Source: Reclinomonas americana ATCC 50394 (lineage: Eukaryota). From it: a stretch of 64,000 bases of DNA. Each line of letters starts with the position of its first letter. The first letter of the stretch is position 1. The DNA is taken from contig PS015442.1 of assembly GCA_048213135.1 (NCBI GenBank), positions 14,194-78,193 of the forward strand. Direction: 5' to 3'. This document shows, in pieces, positions 49,501 through 62,296 of this stretch. The translations under genes and the position numbers were made by a program. The notes under the pieces are model-generated. The model ran no database searches, was not told the DNA's origin, and saw only the letters and a program-made list of their open reading frames with translations.

Positions 49501-52500
49501 TCTCGAAGCCGGTGCCACCTATGACTTTGCATATGCTGTCAAAGCTGGCAAGACGACCTGTTGCGTGGCACAATGCGGTGGTCTTCTGCAACGTGCAGCT
49601 GACGCGCGCGCGCATCGCACAGTGAACACAACTCTGGCGGTACAGATGCGATCGCTGCCGACAGTCAGTGGCACGGCCACGTCGTCGCCGCCGCTGGGCG
49701 TTGCTCGATCGACCACGTACACGCTGACGGCTCCGACTGCGACCAGCACAGACTCGGCACTGTACTACGCGTTCCTCTACACTCGTGTGTCCACAGGCGC
49801 GACCGTTCTTTTGGGCCTCCAGCTCAACTCCACGCTGGTGACCACTCTCGAGGCCGGTGACCCGAACGACAACTACAAGGTTCTCGTCCAGATGGAGGTC
49901 GTAGACGCCTATGGCGTTTCGTCCAAGTTGCGCATTGCGACATGTCACACTCTCCACTGTATTACCACTGTGTCACCCACTCATCCTCATGACAGAACGG
50001 CACTGAACACCACTGTCAACGTGGGCCCAATGACCAACACGACGGACGAATCGCTGCAGCAGCAGTTCCTGGCGGAGACCACTGATCTCGCCGCGCTGTC
50101 GCTGCTCGATTCCACCGATGCTTTGCGTCTGGTTGCTCGTGCACAGTTCACGCTGTCGATGCTCGAGGAGGGGGCAAGCCGGAGTCGCATCATGGCCGGT
50201 GGCTCGACTGTCAGTGCAGCTGTTGTCACCACGGCTGGTTTGCTGGGAACAGCGTCGACACTATTCCGCTTCGCCGACATGCCTCGTGCTTCGTGGGCAC
50301 TGGCTTCGAGTGTGCAGATTGTCGCCGAGTTGCGTTAATTCGTGAGCGGTTGTGAACCAAGCTTGCACGTGTGCCTGACAGTGTCGGGTAGGACATTGCC
50401 GTCGCTGACGGCAACGAATCGCGTGAGCGTAGCTACGCAACTCACATCGATTGCCGAACTCATGGCCGCATCGTCGTACTTTACTCAGACCACGTCGAGT
50501 CAGAAGCTGATGACAATCGTCGATCGCATTGCGTCTGCGCTGAGCGCGAGTTCGTCAGACAGCAGTGCGAGCGCCTTGATTGTGCGCCTGAACAAGCTGT
50601 CGCAGCAGCTGCTGACCAGCGTGGCCACCCTCAAGGTGAGCAGCCGTGTTTCCACTGTTTCCAGGGTGTGCGTGTCAGCTCAATAAGCGTATTCCTGCGG
50701 CAGGTGCCGGGTGAGGCTGCTACTCGCTTCTCTGGCAGCACCTTTGTGATGGAGACGGCATTCTTCTCCACCGACGGCACTGGCTCCAGCGGAGTGCAGT
50801 TGGCCGACAACAGCTCGCCCACGTCTCTCTTGAATGCACTGGATTCACCATTTACTGGTGGCGCCGGCAGCTGGTCGCAACTGTCCTCGTCCACGACCTC
50901 TGCGCCGGAGCTGCGCGTTGCATCGCCGCCGTCCTCGTCGACATTTGTGTTCCCGCGGTCGTACGTGTCGGCCTTTGGCACCTCTGGTGACACCACGTAC
51001 GTGTCGACCATGTACAACTCGGGCTACAATCCGCACGATACGCTCGGCGCCGGCACGGCGAATCAGGCCAACAACAAGACCGCGCAATTGTTGACTTCAG
51101 TGCACACATTCAAGCTCATGGACAGCGCCTCCAGCGAGATTGCGGTCACCAACCGGACTGAGCCATTCTACTTCCAAGTTGGCGGCACCAGCAACACGCT
51201 CTCAACGAAACTGGCGGCACAGTTGGTACGATTCGCCCGTCGCCTCTGTACACCAACCGTTCGTTCCCTTTTTACTTACTCTCTTGCTGTGTGCAGAACA
51301 ACACTCTGCGCTACATTCAGGCGTGCAATCCGGGCAACTACACATACAGCGAGAACGTTCAGCTCGTGCCTCTGTTCGACATGTGCACCCAGGGACTGCC
51401 CTTCGCAGCCACCAACATGACGCTGGGCTTCAATGCTACCAGCGGTCTCACTGAGGTGCTGCCACAAGGCAACAACAGCACCAACAGCAGTAGCAGCAGT
51501 GCACTGCTCAACCCACAGCGGCTAGACCTGTGCGTGTATTGGTCTACGTCGACTGGCAAGTGGGACACCTCCGGTTGCAAGTCATACATGAAGGTGCGTG
51601 CACGTATGTGATTGAGCAAGTGACCCGCAATTCCGTTCTCACACCCGCTCTTGGTGTGCATGCATACCACAGGTACAAGCCGGCACAGTTGTCAACGTGG
51701 TGTGCGCCTGCAACCACATGACCGACTTCTCGGTGGACGCCAGCGACATCTTTGACATTCAATTCACATTTGCCAGCCCGCTCGACATTAGCCAGTTCCC
51801 CGCCGGCACAGGCATTCTCAAGATGTGGACCATGTGGATTCTTGGCGCTGTCCATTTGTTCTACGCAGTAGCCTGGTACGTTCTCTACCGATGGGACCGC
51901 AGCCGTGATCGCGTGCTGCGCACGTACGAGGCCTTCAAGGTGCTGGCCAAGGAGCGGGTGCGTACTCGATACCTCGTTGTATAGGCTGCTGCTGCTCTTG
52001 CTGTCAGCGTGATCATGAGAGCTAACTGTGGTTGTCGACAGAGCAACACGCACAAACGCAGCCCGTTCTGCGGCAAGTTCAGCTTTGTCGAACTGGTGAA
52101 GGAGGTGTGGCGACACAAGTATGGAGTACGCGATGTGGCAGAGGTTTTGCCCGCTGGATACGCATTGCAGTTGCGGTACAACAACTGTCGCCACACACGA
52201 ATTGAGTGTCGCTCACTCATTCATTGTTCTCCCTCTGCTCCCCGTTTGCAGAGTGGATGGCGAACTGCAGCCGACCGGACCCGGCGCTGGCGGACGCTTG
52301 TCAGTCACTGACAGCTCGGCCGACGCGAATTCACTGAGCGACGAAACTCGCAGTCCGAACTCTGATGCGGCCTCACCCACCGACATGCCCGTGCCGACTG
52401 TGGTCGCCCTTGGTGTCGGTGATCGACGCTCATCGCGAGTCCCATCACCGCTGTTGCCAACGCAGCCACCCTCTGCCACCGTTGCCGAGCGAGTTCGGGG

Positions 52501-55500
52501 ACACCGCCGATCAGTGTCGCTGTCGGAGACGGCTTTGCAGTGCGGCAGCTCGTGCTCCGATTTGCATGTCTCTGCCACCGACAGGGTGCGTGCTGTTGTG
52601 AGAAGTAGAAAGAAGGATTTGTCGACGGGAATGGAGAAGACTGACCAGGAGTGTGCGCAGGTGCTTGCAGCGGGCTCTACCGTTATTCAGGAGCAACGCA
52701 AATCGTCGGTGCTGGCGGCTGTCGACGGAGTTGATGTGGGCGCCTTGGTGGTGCGGACGCGTCCTCGCGGTCGCAGTCTGTCGCCAGGAAGGACCGGTGA
52801 GTGTTTTCATCGTCGTGCGACAAGAAAGCAATCAGCGCCTCATGTTTCTCCTTTGCGCAGAATCACCTCGAGTCCCGATGAGTCTGCAAGCCTTTGCTCT
52901 CCCCTTGGCGGAGCCCGTCTTTGGCGATGTTAGTGGCTCACGACGCATGTCGTCGATCGACAGCCCCGCATCGTCGTCAGTGGTGTCGGACTCGGCGCCG
53001 TTCATGCGACGCAATCGTCACGTGTCGGCTGATTCGGATCACGACTTGGTTCGTCCGCCGTTTGCAGTGTGTTGACGCTGCCGCTGACACGGTTTTAACC
53101 CCTTTCCGGTGCAGCTGTCGTGTTCCTCGCCAGCGAAAAGTGCGATTACTGCCAAGTGTGTCGGTGTTTCGATTCCGTCGCTGACAAGCGCCGACAAGGA
53201 GATTCTGTCACACACCGACATCGAGGCGGAGCTGGAGAGTACTCTGCGCCGTCACCATACCGTGGTGGCACGTTTCAAGGGTACGGCTGGCAGGAATGCA
53301 AAATGCGCTCAGCGAGTGATTCATGTGGTTGTGGTGCAGGTGTTGTCAAACGCATCATTGAGGCGCAACGCAAACGAAATGCGCTGCTCAAGGCCGGCTC
53401 CAAGCTCACGCGTCTATTCAAGCACGGACACACCTGGCTGGCCACCATGACGACGCGGCCGCTGGACAACTTCCGTCGCACCCAGAAGCTGACGGTTGCG
53501 TGCTGCTGCTGGCTTGCCATTTTCATGCTGCCGTTCCTGTTGCTCATGACGCACTAATGTGTATACAGGTTCTGTGGCTAGCCACCATTTGCTCACTGTA
53601 CTTCAACACTGTGCTGGCTGGCCAAAAGGACTCATCGTTGCTGTCGACATTCTTCCAAGACATTATCATCGGCATCTCAATCGGTGAGGTCCTCGCCAGA
53701 GAGACTCCCAGCATCGCAGACAACTCACTGCATATTTCTCTTGCCAGGTCTTACCATGATGCCCGTGTGTCTCTTGGCCAGCTTTGCATTCCGCTTCACC
53801 GCGCGAACGCCAACTGAGGACACGTGGTTTGAGGCCGGTGAAAATCGTTTGCGTGCAGAGATGGTCGACGCTCTGCGCGAGGCGGCCGTGAAGGGCGCCA
53901 CCAGCAACAACAACATCCACAGCAGCAGTAGCAGCAGCGGCGGCAGCGGCAGCGACTGGCATCAAGCCAAAGTTCCCACACTTGCGGTCGACGGCTCGGC
54001 CAGTGCTCGCCTCATTCTTGAACGAGAGTGGCGCTCTGTGCAACGTGACGCGAAGTTGGAGAAAGGTGTGCATCGACAAACTGGCCGAAAGGTGTGATTC
54101 AGTTTACTCATCTGCATGTCGTGGTTCTGCAACAGTCGCCGCACTCGCAGCACCTTCTGACAACGATCAGACAACCGACTGCGCCGATCCCATGCGTCGC
54201 ACGTCATGGGCTCCGAATTCTTTCACCGCAGGCAGTGCAGCATCAGAGGTGTGCATCCAGTGTCTTCGACATACTATGCAGGTTCTCATGTGGAGTGTGT
54301 ACAGGCATCGCATTCGGCTGGCAGCTTTGGAGACCATGGTGCTCGTTCATTGCTATCCACGGTGATTCGCGTTCCGCGCTCCCGCGCCGACTCCGGCAGT
54401 GAGCTTGTGGTCAAAGCCAACCCTGCCGCTGAGATGAACATGTCGCTGCCTATCTCGTCGATCTTGGAGGTACTCGCGTGTTCGCCGAGGCTGACACAGA
54501 ATTGGATAAGCTGCTAACTTGCTGCCATTGCAGACCCGTCGGTTCAGTGCCATTCGACCGGTGGCCAGTGTTGCCACTGCACGCAGTGTGGTACGTCGCC
54601 TTCACCTCCTTTCTTTTCTTTCACACAGTTGGTGACTTGGTCGCAACGACAGTACGCGGAAGCTCCTCTTGCGCCGTCCAACCGCAAGGACTCCACTTGC
54701 GTTGGCACGGCAGCTGTTCAGCAGTTTGTCGTCACAGGTCCCAGTGTTCAGCCCCCGCCAGTCAATAATGGTGCGTGTGATACAGCCTGCCGTATGTTTC
54801 GAGTGCGTTTTTGTTAACTCACAGACACACGTAGTTCGTCATTCGCACAACGCCGACCCCGTCAATGTTGCCGAAGTCGATGACGATGAATCGCATGGCG
54901 GGCATGTGCTGGCGGTGCCGAGTCCGGCGCAGGGTGTCAGATTCAGCGCCGACCGGAACTCGCATTTCTTTGAGGACGAGTTTGCGGACGATGACGGGCA
55001 AGACAGGGCGGCGGATGATGTGGACGAGGACGAGACGGACGCTGTGCGAGTTCATGCTGATGCTGGAGACTTGTGGGGCAAGCATTCCGGTCTCCCGAGC
55101 CTGGCGTCGGTGTTGGAGCGCGACGAGATACCGTCCATCATTGTCTTGCGACCTGGCTACTACAAGCCATTCACGATTCCGGCAACGACACGCACACCAA
55201 CCGGCACGCTGACCATCCGCGCCCTGCAGCCGAAGAAAGCCGTTTCGTGCTAGCATTTGCTTCTGCTGCTCGCACGGTCATTGCTTCTCACCTTCTCCAC
55301 ACAGATTGTTTGCGCACTGCGGTTCTCGAACAAGGGCGAGCGAAAGTTGGCGCGTTTGCGAGCACTGCAGGAAGCCAGCGAGGTGTGTTGGTGCTGCCAG
55401 GCGCTGTTTTCTCTTGTCGCATGTATTGATTGTGGACTGGCGAGCAGGAGTGGCACGATGTGTTGGAGGAGATGTTGGAGGGTCTGCCGCCGGCCATTTC

Positions 55501-56511
55501 CATTCACGTCAGTGATCCAGACGAGCGCACGGTGAGCAGCATGATGGTACATGCTGTGCGTTGTTTGTGATTGTCGCTCACTTTCCTCATGCGTCGCAGT
55601 CGGAGTCGCATGTCTTGCCTGGTTTGCCGTTGCCCGTGCGCTCTATTGAGCTTGCTGGTCTCGCGCTAGAGGCGTCCACCTGCGGCATCTCGGTGAGCAA
55701 CGCCAGCTCTCAGTGCGGTAGCGGTGCCGACCGTCCAGCCTCCTCCTCCTCCTCGTCGTCCTCGTCCGCCTCTGCAGCCAGTGCGGTATGTTGTGAGACG
55801 ATGGGCTACACTGTGCATTCCTCTCGCTCACATGATTGTCCGCTGCGCAGCGCCGATCCAGTATGTGTCGTGGGAACAATGCTCGTGGCAGTAGTCGGAG
55901 CCCACGCAACGCAAACTCGTACCTCGTGGAGATTTACAGCCACCACAACCACTTCCGCGATGTGCGCAATCTGGCGCTGTACGACTCGCCGCGCACATAC
56001 GGCAGTTTGGTGACGCGAACCGAGGAGAATGTCAAGGTGGTGCCGCCGAAACCGACCAGGAAGCGGACGGTCACCAGTTGCGTTTTCGCCACCCTTTGCT
56101 CTTTGGTCATGTGGTCTCTGGAGTGCTAATTGTGCTCTTTGACCGGCAAACAGATCCGCTGTGGAGCCGTCTGAAGGCCCGACAGCTGCCGTACGCCATG
56201 GTACGTGTTGTTGGCCAGGTGTTGTCCACTGTGCTTTGTTGCTTATTTTCCTCGTGGCATTGCAGGTCTACGTTTCGTACTTTTTGATCTGGGCCACCGG
56301 CATCTTCCTGTCATACATGACACTGGTGACGACGGCCGTGATGATTAACAAGATTGGCGAGGCGTCAGTGCTGCGTCAGTCGGCCGGCAGTGTGGCCGGT
56401 GACATTTTCATCAATGAGCCGATCAAGCTAATCATCCTCTGGATGATGGGCCCGTGCTTCGTGCCCGCCGTGTTTGCTGACATTATCGCCCTCGTCGTCG
56501 GTCTAATCTAA
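43527..56511 (+). CDS. Very large polycystin-1/REJ-like surface receptor: signal peptide, Ig-like repeats, two NHL clusters, CUB, REJ, GAIN/GPS and several TM helices
   Basis: NHL repeats (FNGPSSLY..LYVADSNNGAIR; FSGPAGLALHPTTGDLFIADTGNKIIRR), CUB (YEPFMSCRWLV..LDTEANKDTLRVY..LLVVFESD), GPS (CVYWSTSTGKWDTSGC..CACNHMTDF), and PKD1-type HTWLA..FRRTQKLT and IFINEPIK motifs. Many frame-restoring introns; not every junction was checked. Confidence 0.82.
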
Positions 56512-56672
56512 TAACATCCTCGCACCCCGGCGACGACGGCATCATAGAAAAAAGAAAGAGAAAAAGTAATAGAAAAACTGGAGGAATGAAAATGTGGCAT
56601 GTACATAATGACAAAATAAGTGGGCACGAAAAAGAAAGAGAGGTATTCGGAATGGGAGCAGACACGGCGGCA

Positions 56673-58747
56673 TTACGGTCGCCGAATGATAATGTAGGCC
56701 CACAGGGCCAGCAGCATAATGGCCACCAGCAGTGCGATTCGACTGGTCAGTCCCGACGACCCTGTTGTCGCCCACCAGCAGGTGTGAGCAGAAAATGTGC
56801 GTTAGCAAGGACGCACACAGAACAAACGCACCACTTGTTCGTTTGCCAGCAGCAAACACGCTAACTGAGCTGGCGATGGAGGTGGAGGCCACGAGGATCT
56901 GCGACCGAGCGGCAAGCACAGCCGGATCCGGCAGTGGGCTGCTGTTGTCGCCCTCATCGTCCGAATCACCCTCCTCGTCGTCACCATTGTCCTCGGCCTC
57001 GTCAGTGCTTTCGTCGGCCGCCTTGGATGCCTTCTTGGACGCTCTCCGCGACTATACAAAGCGAGGTGAGCAGCATGTAAGAGACTTGACGTACGGGCGC
57101 GCGCGCGCGCAACTCTTGTGGGTGGCAGCGGGGCAATAGAGACGTGTGTCACTGGCATGCGGTGAGCCTGGCACACAGTGATGCGACGAAGCGACGACGT
57201 CTTCATAACGGCGACCTTGCCGCTGGAGAAACCGACGGCGCAGTGCTCTCCCGACGGACTGCCAAATGGACGGTGGCAGTCAGTGCGCTGTTGGTGCAGG
57301 GCAAAACGGAAAGTCAACACGAACACATACCTCACAGTCAGCGCCGTGGCGGCCGGCAGCAGAGTGACACGCGAGTCGCGCAAGCCCGACGGCTTGGGTT
57401 TCGCCTCTGCACGCACAGATATCAGCAGACAGATTTTCACCCACGCGCACTCGATCGCTCACTCGCCTCTTGGTTGTGGGTTATCGAGATCCGCCATAAT
57501 GTCGCGCTTCACCAGAATCGAATTCTTCTTGCCGTGCGACTCGAGGACAAGCAAGTACACGGACTCAGCATCGGTGCAGAATCTGCATGTCGCGTCAGAC
57601 TCGACAACTCTCTCGCACAAGAACAAGAGGGCGACAAAACTCATTCGCCCGTGTAATGTACTCCGGGGTAGTGGCGGCGTACGCGCAAATGTGAACGAGA
57701 TCACTCTTCTCGCTCCGCAGATTCAGGCTCCACACCCTGGTAATGCGATCGTATCCCGACGTGGCAATCTGTGCGCATCCCAACATCATTGTTCACCTGA
57801 CCGGTTTGCGCGCACAAGGTTCAACACGCGTTACCAGCACTTGACTCGACGACAACTCCATGCACGACACACTCCAGATGGACGTGGTCTGATCCGTCGG
57901 CTCGTGCGCCTTCGACACCTCCACCAGCGTCTTCACTCGCCACTCACCATTGCTGGCGTCTGCGCCCAGAGACAACGCTGTTAACACGCGGCAGCACACA
58001 AAACACAACCAGCCAGCCACTCAATCGCGCACCACGTGCCACATGCTGCACGATGAGATCACCGGCCTCGTTGGCCGCACACAGCAGTCGCGGTGCGGCG
58101 CAGTACGTGCTCACCGACTGAGCACGAGGAGTGGTGAGCACAGATCAAAACAAAGACGAGATCAGTGGGATCGTCACCTGGTGATCCAGCTCCTGCTTGT
58201 CAAGCACCTCATTCGGCAACGCTTGTTCGCGCTCCAGCTGCATGCTGCCATCCTCACTGGGCAACAAAAGCGCGCATAAGATGACAGCATCTGCAACACT
58301 CTCTCAACACGACCTGCGCACCTCAGCTTGATGGAGATGATCTGTGAGCGCTTCGGCAGCACACACAGCAGGTGTGGACTGTGCGGGCGGATCTGTGAAG
58401 AGAGAGAGAGACAAGTGAGCGCGTGTGCGCGAGTGTGAAGAGTACACGTGTGACTGACCGGATGCACGCCCCACACACACTCGTTTCCAGTGCGCAGTGC
58501 TGCACGCTGTGCAAGGTGTTGATCCACGGGATCAAAGTCGTAAATCACCTGCGCACATGCACATGCACACACGCATGAGATTGCGCGCGCGCGCGCTCTT
58601 CTTCTTTTGCATCACACACACACACACCACTCCATTCTCAATGCCAGTCTTGGCTGCGCCACCACCGCCTCCACACGCCAAGGTGCGATAGTCAAGCCAG
58701 CGTGTGTAGTACAGTGGAAAGGGCGCGTAGTCGAGAGGTGAGCTCAT
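56673..58747 (-). CDS. SEC12: Sar1 GEF Sec12/PREB-like WD40 protein with a C-terminal TM
   Basis: APFPLY...GGGGGAAKTGIENG signature, WD40 pieces (IATSGYDRITRVWS; AHRMPVT) and terminal IALLVAIMLLALWAYIII. Confidence 0.85.
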
Positions 58748-58806
58748 TGTCGCAACAATGAAGGAAAACGAATTTGCGGTGTGCTGTTGGTTTCACTACG
58801 CCTGTC

Positions 58807-61068
58807 TCACTGTCGCTCGGAGCCAAAGGTCGAGTCCAGCAGCGAGAGATTGCCACTTCCCGCGCCGCCTACATCCATCATGTCGAGTAATTCCACGGGT
58901 GTTGGAGCGCGCTGGAGGTGCTCGAGGTGAGAAAGAAGATGCACTGCGTGGTGCAGGAATAGAGCCTCACCTCGTTTAGTCTGCGCCGCAGCTCGGCGAC
59001 GCGCTTTTGTGTCTCCACCAGCTCCTTGCTCTTGTCGTCGAGCAGCTGTTGGAGAACGAGCTCGAGGCCGGCTGGGGCGGCGCGGCCGGTGCTTTCCAGC
59101 CACTCACGATCTCGAACGCCTGCAGGTGACGCAAATTAAAATGAGCTCGATGCAGTGCGGCGGGAAGCCAGCGACGGTGATGGGGGAGGGGACCTTGGTT
59201 GACACTTTGCAGACGGCCGAGAATTGACTGGAAAGTGCCGACATCCGACGCCTTGGCAATCGCCTCCAGCTCCACACATCGCTGATGTTCTGCAACAAGA
59301 AGTGAGATTGTGACTTGGTGCTTCTGGTCGCCTCGCACGCGCATCACTAACCATGTTCCTGGTACCGCTGCAAGTGGGGACTCAGCCGGCGCCAGAACTC
59401 CATCTGCGCACGGCGTCTCTTGATTTGGTGTTTCACTTCGGCGCCTGCTTTTGGTTTGGCCGGGCGCGTCTTGCCGAACGACGCAATCTCGTCGTCGAGA
59501 CGCGGCAGCACCACGTTCTGCATCATCTCGAACTGCGATCGCCATATGCAGTACTGCGAAACCACACCCACTTCAGCATCACAGGGCAAGTGTGAGAGGA
59601 CGAGCGACCTCGACGCACCTGGTGAATGAGGTCATCCTGATCGCGGTAGTACTCGCCCAGCGCGTGCAGATACCGACACCGCGCCGACACGAAATACTCG
59701 TGCAGGTATCGATTCATGATGGGTCGTTGTTCCTTGCTCTGTGACCCCACACGAATGAGCAAAAAACGAAACGCCCTTGAGGATGCTTTGCAAACTGCGC
59801 GCACCAATTGCTGCAACATGTCGTTCTCCTCGGCCATCGCATGCAGCTCCTCACGCAGCTGCTCCCGTTGCATCTGCGTGGCTGCGCGCATGTCGGGAAT
59901 GCGTTTTTTCATGGCCTGTACCGCCCGCGAACGTGAGACACGCAGACACACAAGCGGGTGGCTGCGAACACACCTCCACTTCGGCATACTGCTGCGCTTC
60001 GGTGTTGGCACAGCTCTCACGCCACCGCACGAGCGTTCGCAATCGCTGTCGTGCCGTCTCCAGCACATTGGTGTCGGCCAACTACGACACGCGCGCCACA
60101 CGTGAGCCAGGAGCGGCAACTTGACAAGAACGCACACACACACAACAAGACCTGTCGCTTCACATGCTCGTTGGCGTATCGCAGTCGGCGCGTGTCGTTC
60201 TCCAGACTGGCGATCGTCGCCGGCAACTCGTGATCGATCCGCCGCTCCACCACCTCCAACTCATGCACCAACTCTCTCCTCTGCTGCGCCTCCTGCCGCG
60301 CCCGCTCCTCCGGCGACATGCTCTCAATCGCAATCTCCTTGCGCAGCCGCTCCACATTCTCGCTCGCATCCTCCACTTGCCGCCGCCGATCATCGACCAT
60401 CGACCGCAACATCTGCGCCTTGTTCGTCAACTGATCGTTGCGGGCACGCGCGCTCTGCACCTGCACCGACAGATCATGATACGTATCTGCACCACAGTCT
60501 ATCAGCATCGCCTATCGATTGATGAGATCCCAATGCCACTCTCGCACTCACTCTGCAGTCCCACAAGTGGATCGCTGTCTTCTTGACTTGCGCCACCACC
60601 ACGAGCTCCCTGCGCAGCTGCGCCTCCAACTCCACCACCAGCTGTGCGACCAGTGGCATCCAGTGACGACGACGTGCGCGTCAACCGCACAGTGTACCGT
60701 CGCAGTGCTATCCACGAGTGAGCAAGTGTGTGTGTAAGAGTGCACGTGAAAGAGTGCGTGTGCACACCTTCCACCCACTCTCCACTGGCAGTTCGCGGAG
60801 GCGAGAGTCGCTTCCGCAGACGCGCATCGATTGCTCGCTGTGGAGCCACCGCCGGCACTGGTGCAGCTGTGGCAGCTGCAGCAGTGCCCAGTGCAGCAGC
60901 AGCACTCGTGGGAGAGTGACTGAGGAGAGTGGTGCGCGGGGAAGGCGTGCGTGGAGTCGGTGGACCTCCTCCTGCTCCTGCTCCTGCACTTGCTGCTGCG
61001 CGTTCACTGCCCATGCGCATGATGCTCGACCATTCAAGAGAGGACGACGCGGAGCTGTTAGTGCTCAT
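58807..61068 (-). CDS. Coiled-coil hypothetical protein, multi-exon
   Basis: Heptad-rich exons at 59800-60510 joinable by GT-AG introns; no family recognised. Confidence 0.6.
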
Positions 61069-61226
61069 GCTGCTGATATGTTTTATGAGCGGGCGATTGA
61101 TCGATCGCGTCAATGATGGGTTCTGCGTTGTAGAGCTCCCATGTCGAGCTCTGTGCAGCCTGATTGGTGCGCTCCCATTCTGTGCTGAGTGAGGAACACG
61201 TGTTGTTTCGTCGCGCATCTTGTTCT

Positions 61227-61987
61227 TCATGAGAGCGGGCGTGCGGCCGTCCAGTGACTCCCAGTGCGACCGACGACGACTTGTCGAGCTGCGTGAATGG
61301 GCGTAAGGCCCCCCTTGCGCTCACTGCGTGTATACAAGTCACCTGCGCTTACCTGCCACCACTCCCAACAAGTCCTTGCTACTGCTGCTGCCGCCCAGTG
61401 GCGGAAGCTTACTGGGTGCTCTGTTGATTCCCCCCTGCTGTTGCTGTTGTTGCTGTTGATACCGTTGAGGACTGCTGGCACCTGCACCTCTGCCTGCGTG
61501 GATTCCCTCACTGGTGGACTGTGCTTGCTGTTGTTGCTGTCGTCCTCGTGGAGTCAGCAGCAGTGAGGCACCTCCGCCTTGTCCACTGTTGCTGCCCTCG
61601 GCTCCTTGCGCAAGAGGATCCAACTCGATGGGCAGTGGACGAGAGCGGATGATACTCTACTCATGTGTGCGTAAGTGGGCGTGAGAGGCAGGGAGTGAGA
61701 GAGCGGGCGCACCTGACGAGCGGCCTTTGACTCGCGCAGTGTCTGTTTCAACGCACGCACAGCATGATTGCGTCGTGACTGTTTGTGTAACACACACGAG
61801 TGAGACACACGAGAGGAGACTCACACGCGTGTGTGTGCGTGTTGTGTCTGCAAACCGCTGAGGACTGGAAGGGCGCAGGTGGAGTCGACACCACTCGTTC
61901 CACATCGTCGCTGCCAGTGGCACCGCGGCGGCCTCCTCCTCGTGACTCTTTGTCGCTGTCGGAGTCTGCGCTGGCGGAGCACCCCAT
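61227..61987 (-). CDS. Small hypothetical protein with an N-terminal MGCSAS dual-acylation motif
   Basis: MGCSAS start; three frame-compatible exons. Confidence 0.5.
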
Positions 61988-62296
61988 TTGCGCGCTCGAC
62001 TGTTGTGTGAGTGAGAGTGTGTGTGTAATTGCGTCGGTTGAGTGGTTTGTCCGATTGTATCAGCGAGCCGGCACAATACCGAAGGTACAACTAATAATCC
62101 AAAGAGCAACGTAGCTGCGTGAAGATCACCATCTCGAATGAGCAGAAACAGAGACATCACAGGAACTGTACGAGAGAAAGCAGGAATGCACAAAGCTGGT
62201 GTGGATTCTACGACACGTTTGTTTATGTGGTCGCCGTGCCCTTTTTAAAAAGAAAAGTATGGGCAAAGCTCTCTCCTTCTCCCTCCCTCTGCCTCC

